DNA of 64,000 nt, counting the filler, from Porpidia crustulata (taxonomy: Eukaryota), in NCBI GenBank assembly GCA_964255105.1. It is 3 parts of 3 records of this genome, joined end to end, with 100 filler letters (N's around TTAATTAATTAA, not from the genome) between each part and the next. Parts side by side here need not be neighbours in the genome. Positions count along the whole stretch, not along the records: positions 1 to 22,841 come from CAXUWE010000081.1; 2 more parts are not named here. One strand, 5' to 3'. Positions 1 to 12,105 of this stretch are shown in pieces; position 1 is the first letter of the stretch; each line of letters begins with the position of its first letter. The position numbers and the translations under genes were made by a program. The notes under the pieces are model-generated. The model was not told the origin of the DNA. It saw nothing but the letters and a program-made list of their open reading frames with translations, and did not search any database.

Positions 1-1181
1 GCTGTTGCTTGGTGCTATTTTCTTAGGGATAGGCTCTTGTTAATGGTTGATTTTATCATGCCTGTTGCTATGAGTGCGTTTGGCTGAACGAGAGACTGGC
101 GCCGGGTCTTTCGGATGCGGAAGGGGATTTGTGGATGTGGGAGGGGGGTTCTGACGGGGGAGAACAAGGGCGAGGGTGAGGCCACTTATGTCTACGGTAA
201 CTGACTTGGCGATTGTGAAGGGCTTCTCGGTTGAAGATGGATTCGCCGGTGGGTCGGTCGAGTTGGAGAGATGGGCGGATGGTAGTTGTAGGATTCCTCA
301 AATACGAGAGTCTGGGAGTTATAGATAGTAGCACTGAGTAACAAACAAACGACAGTCTATCTTCAAAAAGACCGACAAGCATTATGGGTTTTAATATGTG
401 ACCACGAAAAACGGAATGCAAAGAAAACAACCAAATCATGAAGCGTTGCTGCCGGGAAGCGGCTTAGAACTGGAGATGGGATTGCATACTGTCATCGACC
501 AAGTAAGACGCAATTAGGAAGCGACCTCAGCAGCATATCGAAGCCAAATGGGTGAATATCGCCCTAATAAAGAGATTGAATGCCCAGCTTTCCACGAGAA
601 GTGCTGGCATTCGTTGGAGACTCCACAGAGCCAGTTGGCTGAATTCCACCCCAGGTGGATAGCAGCGTCTATCAATAGGGACATAACAAATTGAACATGA
701 AAGCTCAGGGGTGAACAGGTCTCTGTGTTTGTATTATTTGGTAACGTCTTCGGATCTTAAAACGTTTGCAATTGAAGTGAAGAAGAACATCCTGATGGTC
801 CGTGAGTACGCGAATGCAACGGTCTTTGGCGTTCCTTCAGATGACAGTGTGAAACCGTATGTCTGTCTTTCTAATTCTTCGAATTGCTTGAGATTCGTAA
901 TGGACCTTGTCTTGAAACTTGTTCTTCGCGATTGTAAGATCTTCTATTTGTTCGCATAAAATAGTGTATCAAGGGATGCAGAGAGTTTAGCTTGATTTCA
1001 TACTGTATTCTTGCTCAAACGTTCTGGCATTGTAAGCATTACAATATAAGTGAATGAATTCATGGTGTTTCTCGTCAATCTGAGGGGTCTGACTATCATT
1101 CAAATAGGAGGGTAGGCATTATCATTACTTGCTTCTCCTCGCCTTTGATTTTATTTCTCACAACCTTAGCTTTTCAGATCA

Positions 1182-2339
1182 TTAGAGAACTGAACGCCAA
1201 TCCTCGTTCCTTATATACTCCTCAATACTTGTCGTTGCAATTTTGATCCCAAGCTATGAGGTATACCATCAGCTCATGCTTACACCGTATCAGCAGCTCA
1301 AAGGAGTTGAATTGTAAGCTTACATCTTTGGGATGCACGACACTCGGATCCCCCCCATCGTATCCGAACTCCCCTTGGTACTTCCACCCCTCGGCAACCT
1401 CTCTGCCCAGATCGGGGTCCCCCGCGACCTCAATGACTTCCTCAGTAGTAAGCTGCCGGTAGCTCCCACCAGGCAGGCCCAGTGTCTTAGCCCACAAAGC
1501 CATATACGCACTCCAGCTAATCATGGAACCGTACGCAAGCAAATTCTTACCGGGAGGGAGTTGAACGAGAGCACGCACAAAGTGGCCCGTGTCGCGGCGA
1601 CTATCAAGCATAGGCATGGGCTTGTCCGGATCCGCACTGAGTGAGAGCACGAATGTGCCGTCCGGTTGTTTTTGCGGCGCAGCGAACGGGAGTCCCTGCC
1701 AATGCGTGGCATACAAGCCGATCTGAATCACTGACATCTTCTTGGCTAGCGCTGGTAGGTTGTCATGGATGTATTCCACAATCGCGGCTTTAGAGTCAAA
1801 ATGATAGACACATGAGTATATCCCTCGACTCCACTTCTTTGCATTACTTAGACTGGAGCAGACGAAGCGTTCCAGCGTCTCCACCTGAGCTGCTGCAATC
1901 GCGATGCTCTTCCCCTGCTGGATTTCGCAATCATAGGCGAATTCATTCATCTTTTGGCCGGGCTTGAGCTTTGAAGCGTTGGCAGGCTTGTAGAATTGCC
2001 AGAAATCAGTGATGCTGTATATGGCGTGGGCGCCCTTAAAGGCGGGAAGGATCGTGGCTGGATCATCAAGGTCTGCTTGGACCATTTCTATGCCTTTTTC
2101 TGAAAGCGCTTTGGCAGAGGGTTTGGTGGGATCGCGGGAGATGCCCCGAATGCGCCAAGTCGGTTCCTGGAGGAAGATATCGGCAACGGAAGCGCCCTGC
2201 GAAGTTTTCAAGTTTAGATCATGGTAGAGGTTATTGTGGATTGTGGATTGTGGATAAGCAACGCAAGATATCTTGGAGGTTAGGTAGGACTCACTTGAGT
2301 ACCTGTGATACCGAGGATAACGATCAACTTCTGTGCCAT
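1182..2339 (-). CDS. NmrA-like NAD(P)-binding Rossmann-fold protein (3 exons: 2339-2295, 2196-1324, ~1253-1182)
   Basis: Exon 1 MAQKLIVILGITGTQ + GTGAGT donor joins GASVADIFL..RGISRDPTKPSAKAL..EMVQADLDD..HFDSKA (NmrA signature). Last exon LGIKIATTSIEEYIRNEDWRSVL*. Confidence 0.9.
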
Positions 2340-4081
2340 TGTATCAACTAATGTCCTGCCGAACGTCTGATTCCGTTTCTTTTGCTAACGGGAGGGGCAC
2401 CCAAGCTCTTCTTTATCTACATACAAGACCTCAGGCAGGCAAGATATTTCCCCAAAACCTGTCTTTCGCTGCCGTAGTTGACTGCCATTACGGCCATTTG
2501 TAATCACCTGGATCTGCGTTTACAACATCCGAATACAGATTCATCCAGCGATCACGGTCTTTGTTGCTGATCAAGCACGGCTGTGAGCCGTGAAAATCTT
2601 GCAATGGATTGGAAATCATCCAAAAAAAAAAAAACATTGACGGTAGAACCTCAAATCGTGATAATTCAGCATTCGATCGCCATACGAACGATGATTGCGC
2701 GATGTATAATGGAAAGGAAAGCTTCGATCAAAGTTCTGCAATGACATTTGGCGCTTTCTGGCGTTCAACGATCATCAGGTGACCGATGAAGCGATAGCAA
2801 TTCCGTCTCACTTCGATAGTCTCCAATCTCGTAGCTATACAACTTTCCATTCAATAGGATTCAGTCATGAGACATGGGGACTCTGTAACGATGATCCTCG
2901 ATTGTCATCTTTGCGTGACATCCGTGTGGATCTCTCTGACTTTTCTCCTCTTAATGACATTGCCGGTATCTCGTCACGCTCGTAAATAGAAGAACCACAC
3001 AGCTATGTCACAAGAACCTCTTTTTTCTTGTGCCCTGAAATTTGCAATATCACTGAGGCCAGACAGTTGTCTTTTTTTGATTTCTAATATTTGCTTTTTG
3101 ATCTGGTGGCAATTCTCTATTTGGTCATCTAGTGCTCTCAACTTGTATCGATAGTGCTCGGGAAGTTGCGAACCATGCTCGATGATATGGGTTGTTGACA
3201 TTCAAATTGAGTTCCTACTCTCTTCGACATCATTGCCGATCAAGGACCCACCTTTTACATCAAGCTCCTTCAATAAACTGGCGCTCCAGTAGGTTTCATT
3301 ATTTGTTGTGTCTAAACAACAGAGCTTGACCTCAGGGTAGTATAAAGCCTTGGAAAAGAATAAATACTATCTATCGCTTCACATTTTCAATTGAGGACCG
3401 CGACATGGCCAACTGGCCTGACGTCCGACCTGACTCATCGATTGTCCTTGCAGATATCTCATTCGCGATACTTCTATCACCGGCAGGCCTGGGTAGGAAT
3501 TTTAGCCACCGAATAGAACCCCTCAATGGCCAAGTCTTCGAGTGTCGAAGACCCAGGCAAAGGACTAGATTTTAGCCATCGAATTAAATGCCCCGCAGCC
3601 GCTTTAGAAGAATCCTTTCATTGCAAGATAATTTAAAAAAATGAACGAAGAGACAGACTAGAAGCTTTAAAGACAGGTAGTGACCCGGTCGATCTTAGGC
3701 TGTTGAATGTAGCGAGCGAGAGTAAAAGATCTCCCCATGGCACGTGAAATGAGACCATGGATGGATATTCTAAACAGGTATTCGATCAACGCAAAAATAA
3801 AACACGAGATATTTTCGGATTTTAATTATGTATTTTGTAGTATCCCCCTATTTCATGAATTTGCTTGAAAAAAAACGGAAAAAGAACGGTCTGGATTCGG
3901 AGGGCCAAACAGGAAATCCAGATACTGAGATTTATGTACGGAGATGGTATAATGATATTTATAGTATATCAGACGAGTCTCACCGTCAGCAAAATATACA
4001 AACGGCTTCTCTCGCCCACACTTTGCGCCATCACACGCCAAGCGGGACCAAACCACAACGTCTTCAACTTCATCAGCGGTG

Positions 4082-6658
4082 TCAGATCCAATCGCCATCG
4101 ACAGGCTTAAACACCTTCCTCCCCGCCTCCAACCACATCCGATCGTACTTCTGCCTCACCAGCTTCAAACCCACCCCGCCGTCGCCGCCGCCCCACCGCG
4201 CCGACTCCATCCTCTGCCGTTCCCGGATCTTCGCCAACACCATCCCGCGCCATTGGTACACCACCATGTCAATCTGATCCGCGACCTCGTCGCCCTCGAC
4301 CCTGCGCACCAGACCCAAGATCCATTGCAGCTTGACCGTGCTGACCCACGTCACGTCCTGCAGCGGACGGGTGATGCCGGCCTGCACGAGAGCGTGGGTG
4401 ACGGCGGGCGAGATGGGGCCGAGACGCTCGCGCCGGACGATGAGGTAGCAGTGGCGGACCTTGCGGAAGGCGAGGCGAGGGGGGAGGTGGGCGGCGCGGG
4501 CGTAGGCGAGGCACATTCGTTCGAGGAGGTTGAGACGTGATAGCAGGTCTGGGGAATTGGGTGACGCAGGGACTGGGATGATAGCCAGCTTTTTCCGTCG
4601 TGCACGAAAGTGTAGGGCTGTGTTTGGGTGCAGCTGAGGATTTGCGATCATTGACTCGGCTAATTCGGGGATCATTTCAAGCGACACCATAGAACAGGAT
4701 TCGAACACGTGAAATGCTCTGCGAAGATTGGTATTGAGGTCGGCCTTGACCGTTGAGACGTTGATGCTGGCGTTGGTGCGTTTGCAAATCTTCTCTTGGA
4801 ATTCAACAACTTGAATAATGGCTTCTGAATCCTCCAATGCCCGTAGCAATGATATCAAACGGCTCATCGTTTCATCTGGTATAGAAATGTCATAGTGGTG
4901 TATCACCCGGAGCATACTGACAAAAGGGCTTGTTGATGTGTGGGTTCCATCAAGAGCCTTGAACTTGTGAGACCAACACTCGAAGTCCACCTTAGGTCTA
5001 AGCTTTCGGAACAATGGGCCCAGGAGAAAAAGGCACTTCTGATGATCGTCCAAGGCTTGGAGGTACGACGCAAGGATTTCAATATTGCTACATTCCAAGC
5101 TCTGCTTTACATCCTGCCATCCGGCACTATCTTCGAGAAGCTTAAATAGCTCAGAATTGACAAGCGCAGACCACCATATCCTCAGGTTCTTGACTAATGT
5201 CTTCTGATCCACTATCGACCAAGCGGGTTGACGGAGAAGTTCTACACACGTGTTGACCATGCTTGACCTGGCTACTTCCTTTGGAAGGCATCGGAGGAGT
5301 TCGAGGAGCGCTCCTATACGGTACAAATGGAGAGACGCTGGCTCTTCATGCTTTGAATTTGGCTGACACAGAATCCATTTCTGGAAAAATAAGGAGATGC
5401 CTTGGTGCATCACGCATAGTTGTGTTTCATCCGAAGAAAGAACGAGGTTAGTGCCTAGATGCTGTAGTTGGATATTGAATGGGATAGTTGATATACATTG
5501 CAATAGTGTGTCAAGTGTTTCGGCCTTTAAGTCGGGTATCTTGTATAACGAGGATTGAAGTAGGCCTTCAACTATCGATGTCAATATATGTTGCCCTGTG
5601 TGACGATACTTGGCTGCGTTCCGAGCTTCCACGCGCGATACAGCCAGCGCTACCTGTAAGATATCTTCCTCGAACAAAGTTCCCAGCGACATAGACCGTT
5701 GGATCCAACCCGGTAGACCTTGCATGGTGATCTGATTGACGTTATTTTGGCAGAGCCATTTGCAGAGAAAATGGAGATTCCCAGCTCCACGAGCATTGAG
5801 AGACGAATTCTCAAGGAATTCTATAACAATATCTAGCCTCCAACTCTTCCCGAACAGCTGTTGAAAAGCCAGTTTGCTCAAATATGGCAGTGCTCGTAGA
5901 TCTATATTGAGCTCAATAGCCAGCTGCTGGATACTTCCCGCACTATGGCAATACTTTAACCTATTGCAGAACGTATCATGCCTAGTGATAGCCAAATTTC
6001 TTTGTATGCTCATCAAAGATCGAACAGATGATCCGGGCTGCGTGACAACTACTCGCTCACGGCTAGAGAAATGTGGATCAGAGGCTATTGTCGTTTTTTT
6101 CGAGTATAGCAAGTTATCCGTAGAATACGTTCTGTCAAGCTCTGCAAGAGGTGAGTCGGGCGCTGTAGCTTCTGGAGCCTGCAGGTCGGGAGGTATCTCG
6201 TGGGGATGTAGCGATGGCGAGGATACTTCATTTGCCATAAAGTCTTCGAGCCATGATGGTAGAGGAGGCCGCTCTGATACGACGTCAGCACTCGTAGTAT
6301 CCCTCGGGAGCCCATGCTTACCCAACTTATGGTCCAGTAAAGGCGGATGAGATGTTGCAAGGTTCGGCGCCTGCCACTGGAAACCACTCTGCTCTCCTCC
6401 TGCGAGCCCTGCTGGGAAGCTAGGATCAACTATTCTTGCCTCTCCCACTAGAGCGACATTCGTGAGCCGTCTCCTTGCAGCCCTTCTCCTGGCCTCCAGT
6501 GGACCGGGTGTATGGCTACCATGACGCTTGTGATTTGAGAGCAGCGCGAAAATATGCCATGCACCATTAACGATGTCATCGCTGATCCAAATGTGGTTTG
6601 TGGGCAGTTTGAGCGTTCGATGTGCCTCCAGATTGCAGGCATGCCTTCTCCAAGACAT
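4082..6658 (-). CDS. Conserved fungal hypothetical protein (~850 aa), possibly mitochondrial
   Basis: Long ORF. Basic N-terminus HIWISDD..RHGSHTPGPLEARRRAARRR and helical C-terminus ending VYQWRG. A possible in-frame intron lies near 6270-6325 (GTAAGC donor). Confidence 0.7.
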   Translation of the reverse strand: MSWRRHACNLEAHRTLKLPTNHIWISDDIVNGAWHIFALLSNHKRHGSHTPGPLEARRRAARRRLTNVALVGEARIVDPSFPAGLAGGEQSGFQWQAPNLATSHPPLLDHKLGKHGLPRDTTSADVVSERPPLPSWLEDFMANEVSSPSLHPHEIPPDLQAPEATAPDSPLAELDRTYSTDNLLYSKKTTIASDPHFSSRERVVVTQPGSSVRSLMSIQRNLAITRHDTFCNRLKYCHSAGSIQQLAIELNIDLRALPYLSKLAFQQLFGKSWRLDIVIEFLENSSLNARGAGNLHFLCKWLCQNNVNQITMQGLPGWIQRSMSLGTLFEEDILQVALAVSRVEARNAAKYRHTGQHILTSIVEGLLQSSLYKIPDLKAETLDTLLQCISTIPFNIQLQHLGTNLVLSSDETQLCVMHQGISLFFQKWILCQPNSKHEEPASLHLYRIGALLELLRCLPKEVARSSMVNTCVELLRQPAWSIVDQKTLVKNLRIWWSALVNSELFKLLEDSAGWQDVKQSLECSNIEILASYLQALDDHQKCLFLLGPLFRKLRPKVDFECWSHKFKALDGTHTSTSPFVSMLRVIHHYDISIPDETMSRLISLLRALEDSEAIIQVVEFQEKICKRTNASINVSTVKADLNTNLRRAFHVFESCSMVSLEMIPELAESMIANPQLHPNTALHFRARRKKLAIIPVPASPNSPDLLSRLNLLERMCLAYARAAHLPPRLAFRKVRHCYLIVRRERLGPISPAVTHALVQAGITRPLQDVTWVSTVKLQWILGLVRRVEGDEVADQIDMVVYQWRGMVLAKIRERQRMESARWGGGDGGVGLKLVRQKYDRMWLEAGRKVFKPVDGDWI

Positions 6659-7231
6659 ATGGATCACCTTGTCGTCGCATCATGCTCTAGCTCTTCGTTG
6701 CGGGTCCCTACCCCATCTGTGCATTATTGTGATGGAAGGTTCTGAAGTCAATCGAGATATTAAGCAATGATAATAACTCTGAGGTCCTCAAGTCCCCTAC
6801 CCACGCTATTTAGACTCGCTAGCAGGGATATTGATCCTGGGGTAGGATATCGGCGTCGCGCTGTAAGGTAAGCCCCTTATTCACGTGATGAATTCTGACT
6901 TGTAACTATTCGATCTCTTCATGTTACGTTAATGTCAATCACTTGATCTATTGACTAAAGACGGTATACTACATCTCCATCATTAAGCTGCTTAATTCTA
7001 TCTGTCGAGACTAAGATATCGGCTTCTACTCGCGAGGAGATTCTATGGTTGTCATTGCTTCCAGTAGGCAGATATACTGAATTCGGAACATGACTGCTAT
7101 GACCCTATTCATTGTCACACACTACTAAAGTAGCATTTCCTCCCCGTTAGTGATACACCAGCCAAGCCAGTCATCGCATCACTTTCAACCATTGTGAATC
7201 TGCAACGTCCATTCTGATGCGGAAGACGAGA

Positions 7232-8670
7232 CTACACACCTCTGTCCCAATGTTTAATGATCATGTCTAGCTTCGCGTCAGGGGTTCTCTTAACCTCCTC
7301 CGGCTTGAGCTTCGGGTCGGTAGCCTGAAACAACTCCTCTCAGTCGTCTTAGTCGCGCTCCTGTGACTTCGACATGGCAAAAGTTGTTATGCTAGATTCC
7401 CTCTTGACGCTTGGAGTGACCGACATTGACCGGGAGACACTCACCAGTTCCAATTCTGTTGATAGAGGGGCAAGGTGCACGGAGGCTCGAGGCATTCTTC
7501 GCTGAACATCATCCGAGTGCCTGGTTTCAAGGCAGAAATCAATAATGAAAGAATCTTAAAGCAGTACTTATCAGACCAGTCGTGGAGAATCCAGCGGAAA
7601 TTGTAGACGTTGGCGTCCTTAGCGGGTTACTCGGTGCAAACGTCGTAAGCTATCAAGACCACGCGCTACACCGATTCTGCCGGCACTTTCTTTTTGACAT
7701 CTTCTATGACATCTGAAAGGTCCTGAACGACGAAGCGAAGGGAAAGCAAGTCCCTAGCGATATTCATTCTTACTAGGCCGTGAGAACCGCTCACGTCAAC
7801 GGTAAACCCATTCCCTGGGGAAGCCCATCCGAAACCCCTGAGCATATATGAGTTCTCAAGCCCAGGGAATATTTACAGGTAGCTCATCGCGTTATTAAAT
7901 TAGTTCATGCGCGGGGGATTCTCGTCGACAAATCGGAAATTGGTTTGCTGGTGTTGTTGACCAGACAGATGCCCTAGGAAACAGACTTCTTCGGTCCAAT
8001 AGTTTCTGTCACGACCGAAGAAAGACAGCATATACCGCATGCTCGGGCTATTCTGACTCGGGCCATCTTTCGACCGCATCTGCCATCTTCAAGCAGCGTT
8101 AGAATCCGTTTTGTGCGATATATATCGTCATTTGTGAGCTTACATACATCTTGGCAGGTCCAACCTCGCTCATGAACAGTAAGGACCATGGCGCCAGCAC
8201 AAGGATTTCAAGAAGCGCTTTCATCACAACGGTGTGCGAGACGTAGCCTGGCTCAGCCATCCCATGCCTCAAGATTCTCGTCAGCTTCTTCGCCGGAAGC
8301 GCCGTCTTGTCTGCAGGCTCCTGGAAGGGTGCACGTGAGTCGAAGGGAGCGAGGGTCTGGATTTTGTAAAGAAGGATCGGCTTGAACCGATTGAGGTAGC
8401 AAACTACCAAGGTTATGCTCTGACAAACCGTGGTGAGGGATTCAGGCGTGTGGTCACAGGTTTGGCAACGACCGTCTGCTGATTGAGCCAATATAGCTCG
8501 TCTAGAGTCATGGTCAGAGCTTCTTGTGCTGCTGCTGAGTCCGGCGGCAGCTGGTACATCAGCGGTGCATCTGCGTCGAACAAGGGTCGCGGAAAATTAT
8601 TCTTTTTGAGATATTTGTTGAGCTTGGCTGTGTTAGCCTCGATCTCCATTGCGAGAGTGACTATCGCCAT
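7232..8670 (-). pseudogene. Degenerate SAM-dependent O-methyltransferase (fungal secondary-metabolite type)
   Basis: Fragments in order: MAIVTLAMEIEANTAKLNKYLKKNNFPRPLFDADAP; LTRILRHGMAEPGYVSHT; TVDVSGSHG..IARDLLSLRFVVQDL; NVYNFRWILHDWSDKYC..ALKPG; SQERD*DD*EELF. Several in-frame stops and frameshifts. Confidence 0.85.
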
Positions 8671-8978
8671 GCTTGAAATCTGATCAGAAGGTCTGGCACC
8701 GCTTGGACAGCAACAGTAGCTAGTCGGAGAGAAGAAGTGAAATCCGTAATATCTGTCCAGAAAGTGCTCGTAAAAAGTTCTTGTTTTTCTTACCAGCATT
8801 ACCCTCGATAGTACCAAACGTGTCAAGTCGTAGATGGTGGAATGAAGTCTTTCGTCGGCTATGCCGACGTTTTTCTCTATTATGCATCCTACTTGCTATA
8901 AATAAATGTGTATCCATCAGTGCGTTCGCGTGATCGTCCAAAGTTGCCCTCATTGGAGCTATAGGCTGTCGATTTCGT

Positions 8979-10155
8979 ATGAAGCAAAGACGACTCAGGG
9001 AACAGATCGCGCAGTCGATCGCGAGACCTGTTCAGCCCCGATCGATATCAATAATCATACAAGACATCGCCGCCCTCAATGAGCAATATAGGAGTGCCCA
9101 TCGCTTTAGCTCATTCAGTGGCGCTATTTACGACATAGCCTGGCTGTCGATGATATCAAAAGTTGGTCTGGGACGTCGATATTCATTACATCCGGAATGC
9201 TTCAAGTCCCTCTTAGTTTCTCTTGAAGACAACGAAGCGTAAGGCGCCACTGCGTCCTGTATAATCGATATACTCAATAGCTTAGCGGGCCTTCTCACCT
9301 TGGCCATCCGGCAAAGATCAGATTCGTTGAATTCGAAGTCGTTGAATCTGCGTAGAGAAAAGAGCTATTCGGCGATATACCGCATTTTGCATGACTGAAA
9401 CGTAGGTGATAGGTCAAAGTTTTCATGTTGAATCCCAAATCCTAGGTTCAAACTTACCACGACAATGGTAATGTTTCAATCTTGACTTTTAGTTTCCAGG
9501 GCGGTCGACCTCGATGCAGCTTCACAACCAAAAGCTTCAAAAAATTCGACGCCGCACTGGTCTATCCTATCAAGTCCACGGCTTCACTTCGCTCATTGGA
9601 AGCCTTTACAGGACTGGTAGATTTTGATAAGGCTGGTCATCCTTGCAGCGAAGACGCCGTGACGTTTAGATCGCCAGCGACAACCGCTACCTATTTGAAC
9701 AATATTACGCGATGCAATGACCAAGCAGAGAGATTTCAGACCATGGGTGTTTGGTGTTTCCATCAATGGAATGACAGGTGCTGTTCTAAGTGCCTATCTA
9801 ACATTTTAATTCAAAATATTGTCAGCACTCTCTACACTTTCTACACTTCTTGCACCAGGGCTCCTTCCACATCAGCTGACGGACACCAAGAGGGAAATAC
9901 TGAAATAACTATCTAAAACGACTTTGAACCAGACAAGCCGGCGTGGTTTTATTTGCACCCGGTGTCCCAGAAGATGCCGATAATACTACGCGAGCTCTTA
10001 TAGCATCACAGTACCTTGGCAAATCAATGAATCCGCATAAGATGATTGAAAGATGCCAGATAGATAAATGTTTTCGCACCTTCAGGCTAGAGGGTAGTCC
10101 AAGCTTTAGTGTAAACTGTAATGCCTTACATTCACTCCTAAGACAAAGTTCCTAG
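8979..10155 (+). pseudogene. Degenerate class II diterpene cyclase (copalyl diphosphate/ent-kaurene synthase-like, N-terminal part)
   Basis: Fragments SGAIYDIAWLSMISK (YDTAW motif), HPECFKSLL, IIDILNSLAGLL, SLEAFTGLVDFDK..SPATTATYL, FAPGVPEDADNTTRA (DxDD decayed to DADN), SPSFSVNCNAL. Broken by stops and frameshifts. Confidence 0.8.
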
Positions 10156-10755
10156 GTTTGCTCTCAGGAGTAAATCTTTGACGTGGAAAGAAGATCACAA
10201 GCCACACAGCGTAGAAGCCCGATGATACAAGAGTCTTGAGCCTGGGAGAAATATTCTGGGAGAAGTCGTCCAGGCGTGGGAGCAGTGTACCAGAACTGGA
10301 GCAGACAATATCTTGGCAGTACATTTCCTGAGGAATAGCTTTTGCAAAGTCGACATCTTGAGCTAATCTTTCGTATAATGATAATGAAGCTGACAAGATT
10401 GTTGGTCAGTCAAAGAATATTCGATGAAGTCTAAGTTCCCACCATTTATTTGATGATGACGACTCTCATTTTTCGATATATAGACCGAAAATTACAAATA
10501 GTAGTGCTTAAATTGTCCCCACTGTAGCCGAACTCCTGGTTGTGGAGGGAAATTTGCACGTTTGGTGGCTTCATAAGTCAAGGCCGAGGCGTCCCCGGCC
10601 TGATGATATCCACGTTAGAAATGGTACATCAATACTACGAGGCGCATCCATCCTGCAATTATGTAATTGCCCTGTCCGTTTAAGGTAGACGATGAAAACT
10701 TCCAGGCCTTACAGCCTCTCCAATCGCCGGTATTTGTAGATTATGAAGTAGGTCA

Positions 10756-11709
10756 TCACGAGAGAGCAGAGCCTGGCACTGGATTGAGGATGACTGACTC
10801 CTTTTCGAATAGATCCGCTTTTATTTCCGTGAGGCTGAGGTTTTGAGCAGCGACCTTCTCAACCTCCGCATCATCGTCACTTTCCTCATCGGAGTTAGAG
10901 TCGTCACTTCTCCCGAAATGTAGTCCGCCGCGGTACTCCGGGCGCTTTTTCTTTACATTGAAATTACTGCCAAAGCCGTGCCAGTCCCGAGTGATTGCCT
11001 TGCAAGAAACAGCAAAGACCTCCTCAAGACCTTCATCGGCCTCTTCACCCTCTCCCACGGCAGTTGCACTAAAATCCATAGTCCAATCTGAAGAGTCCGA
11101 GCGGTCAAGGCCAATTTCGGGGTTAGGGATACCCTGAGGGGGAAATGGTATACCTGCTGATGCAGCTGCAGCGCTTGCAGCAGCACCAACTGGCAGCACA
11201 CCTGATGCATTGGCGCTATTGCGCTGCCTCCCTGCCATTTTGAATGCTGCCGTCTGAATGCTCATGGTTCCGACAACAAGATACACTGCTTTGCCGCCCA
11301 CTGGGCACATCTCAAGGATCTTCCGACGCACTTCGGGATTGGCCTTGAGCGCTTTGAAGTACTCCGCTTCTAGCCTGAGTCGTCTTGTGGTGATGCGTGG
11401 TGATATGACCTCTGTTGTGCCACCTTCGGCAGAATTAGACGATAACGATAGCAGTCCCTTCATTTTGGCCCAAAGATTTTTATCTTGTGATGCTCGCGCT
11501 TTGAATTGCGCGGTATCATCATGTTGCACACCCATGAGGAATTTTGCAAATGTAGCACTTGTAAGGCTCTCTGATGGCGATTCTGGAGTGTAATCAAGGG
11601 TTGGATCTTGGTATTGGCAAATAACGCGGCCGAGAAGGTGCGCACTGTCTGAGGCTGGTGTGCGGCGCTTAAGGAGGAAGAACGTCGGTTCATAGAGTTG
11701 CGACGCCAT
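10756..11709 (-). CDS. Fungal gasdermin-like pore-forming protein (RCD-1/HET-Q1 family), 317 aa
   Basis: Intronless ORF of gasdermin size with family-like motifs in order: TFFL, LLGRVI..DP, beta-rich segment, EYFKAL..PEVRRKI..GGKAVYLVVG, second beta-rich segment, VFAVSCKAI, GGLHF, then an acidic C-terminal tail. Sits head-to-head with a protease gene. Confidence 0.8.
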   Translation of the reverse strand: MASQLYEPTFFLLKRRTPASDSAHLLGRVICQYQDPTLDYTPESPSESLTSATFAKFLMGVQHDDTAQFKARASQDKNLWAKMKGLLSLSSNSAEGGTTEVISPRITTRRLRLEAEYFKALKANPEVRRKILEMCPVGGKAVYLVVGTMSIQTAAFKMAGRQRNSANASGVLPVGAAASAAAASAGIPFPPQGIPNPEIGLDRSDSSDWTMDFSATAVGEGEEADEGLEEVFAVSCKAITRDWHGFGSNFNVKKKRPEYRGGLHFGRSDDSNSDEESDDDAEVEKVAAQNLSLTEIKADLFEKESVILNPVPGSALS

Positions 11710-12105
11710 GAAGAACGATCAGTTTACAATTGGCCAATCGTCCGTGGAATGGAACAACGACACTGCAAAGTAACTGCAGGAAGGTATTCCTCAGGCGGCA
11801 TTTACTCAGACGTAGAGCTAAGCATTCTTAGCGGCTGGATAGCAGGCGTGGCAGGGCAGCTGCGAGCCCGAGTGGCTGAGGAATCCATCGCGATGAGTTG
11901 AACGAGCTAGTGGTGTATGTCAACATGCGAGATTTAATATATTGAAACCTTGGGAAACATCCGCGGATGATACAGTCTCTGCAAGTTATGTTTGCATTTG
12001 CGGGAAGGGGTCATTGCAGACAAGAACTCGTGGAGATGCGTGATGATTGCTGGACTATCAGTCATGGTTATCTTCATACTTTAAGCCTGAAAGTAGAGCT
12101 GCATC
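11710..12105. promoter_or_regulatory. Putative bidirectional promoter shared by the gasdermin-like and CHAT-NLR genes
   Basis: ~400 bp between divergent start codons (11709 on -, 12106 on +). No specific sites identified. Confidence 0.45.

Noticed and set aside
2233..2254. (ATTGTGG)x3 and other short simple repeats (poly-A ~2622, TA run ~17498)
   Set aside because: Ordinary microsatellites in introns or intergenic DNA.
660..3201. Short ORFs flanking the NmrA-like gene (711-959, 2974-3201)
   Set aside because: Short, no motifs and no consistent splice model.
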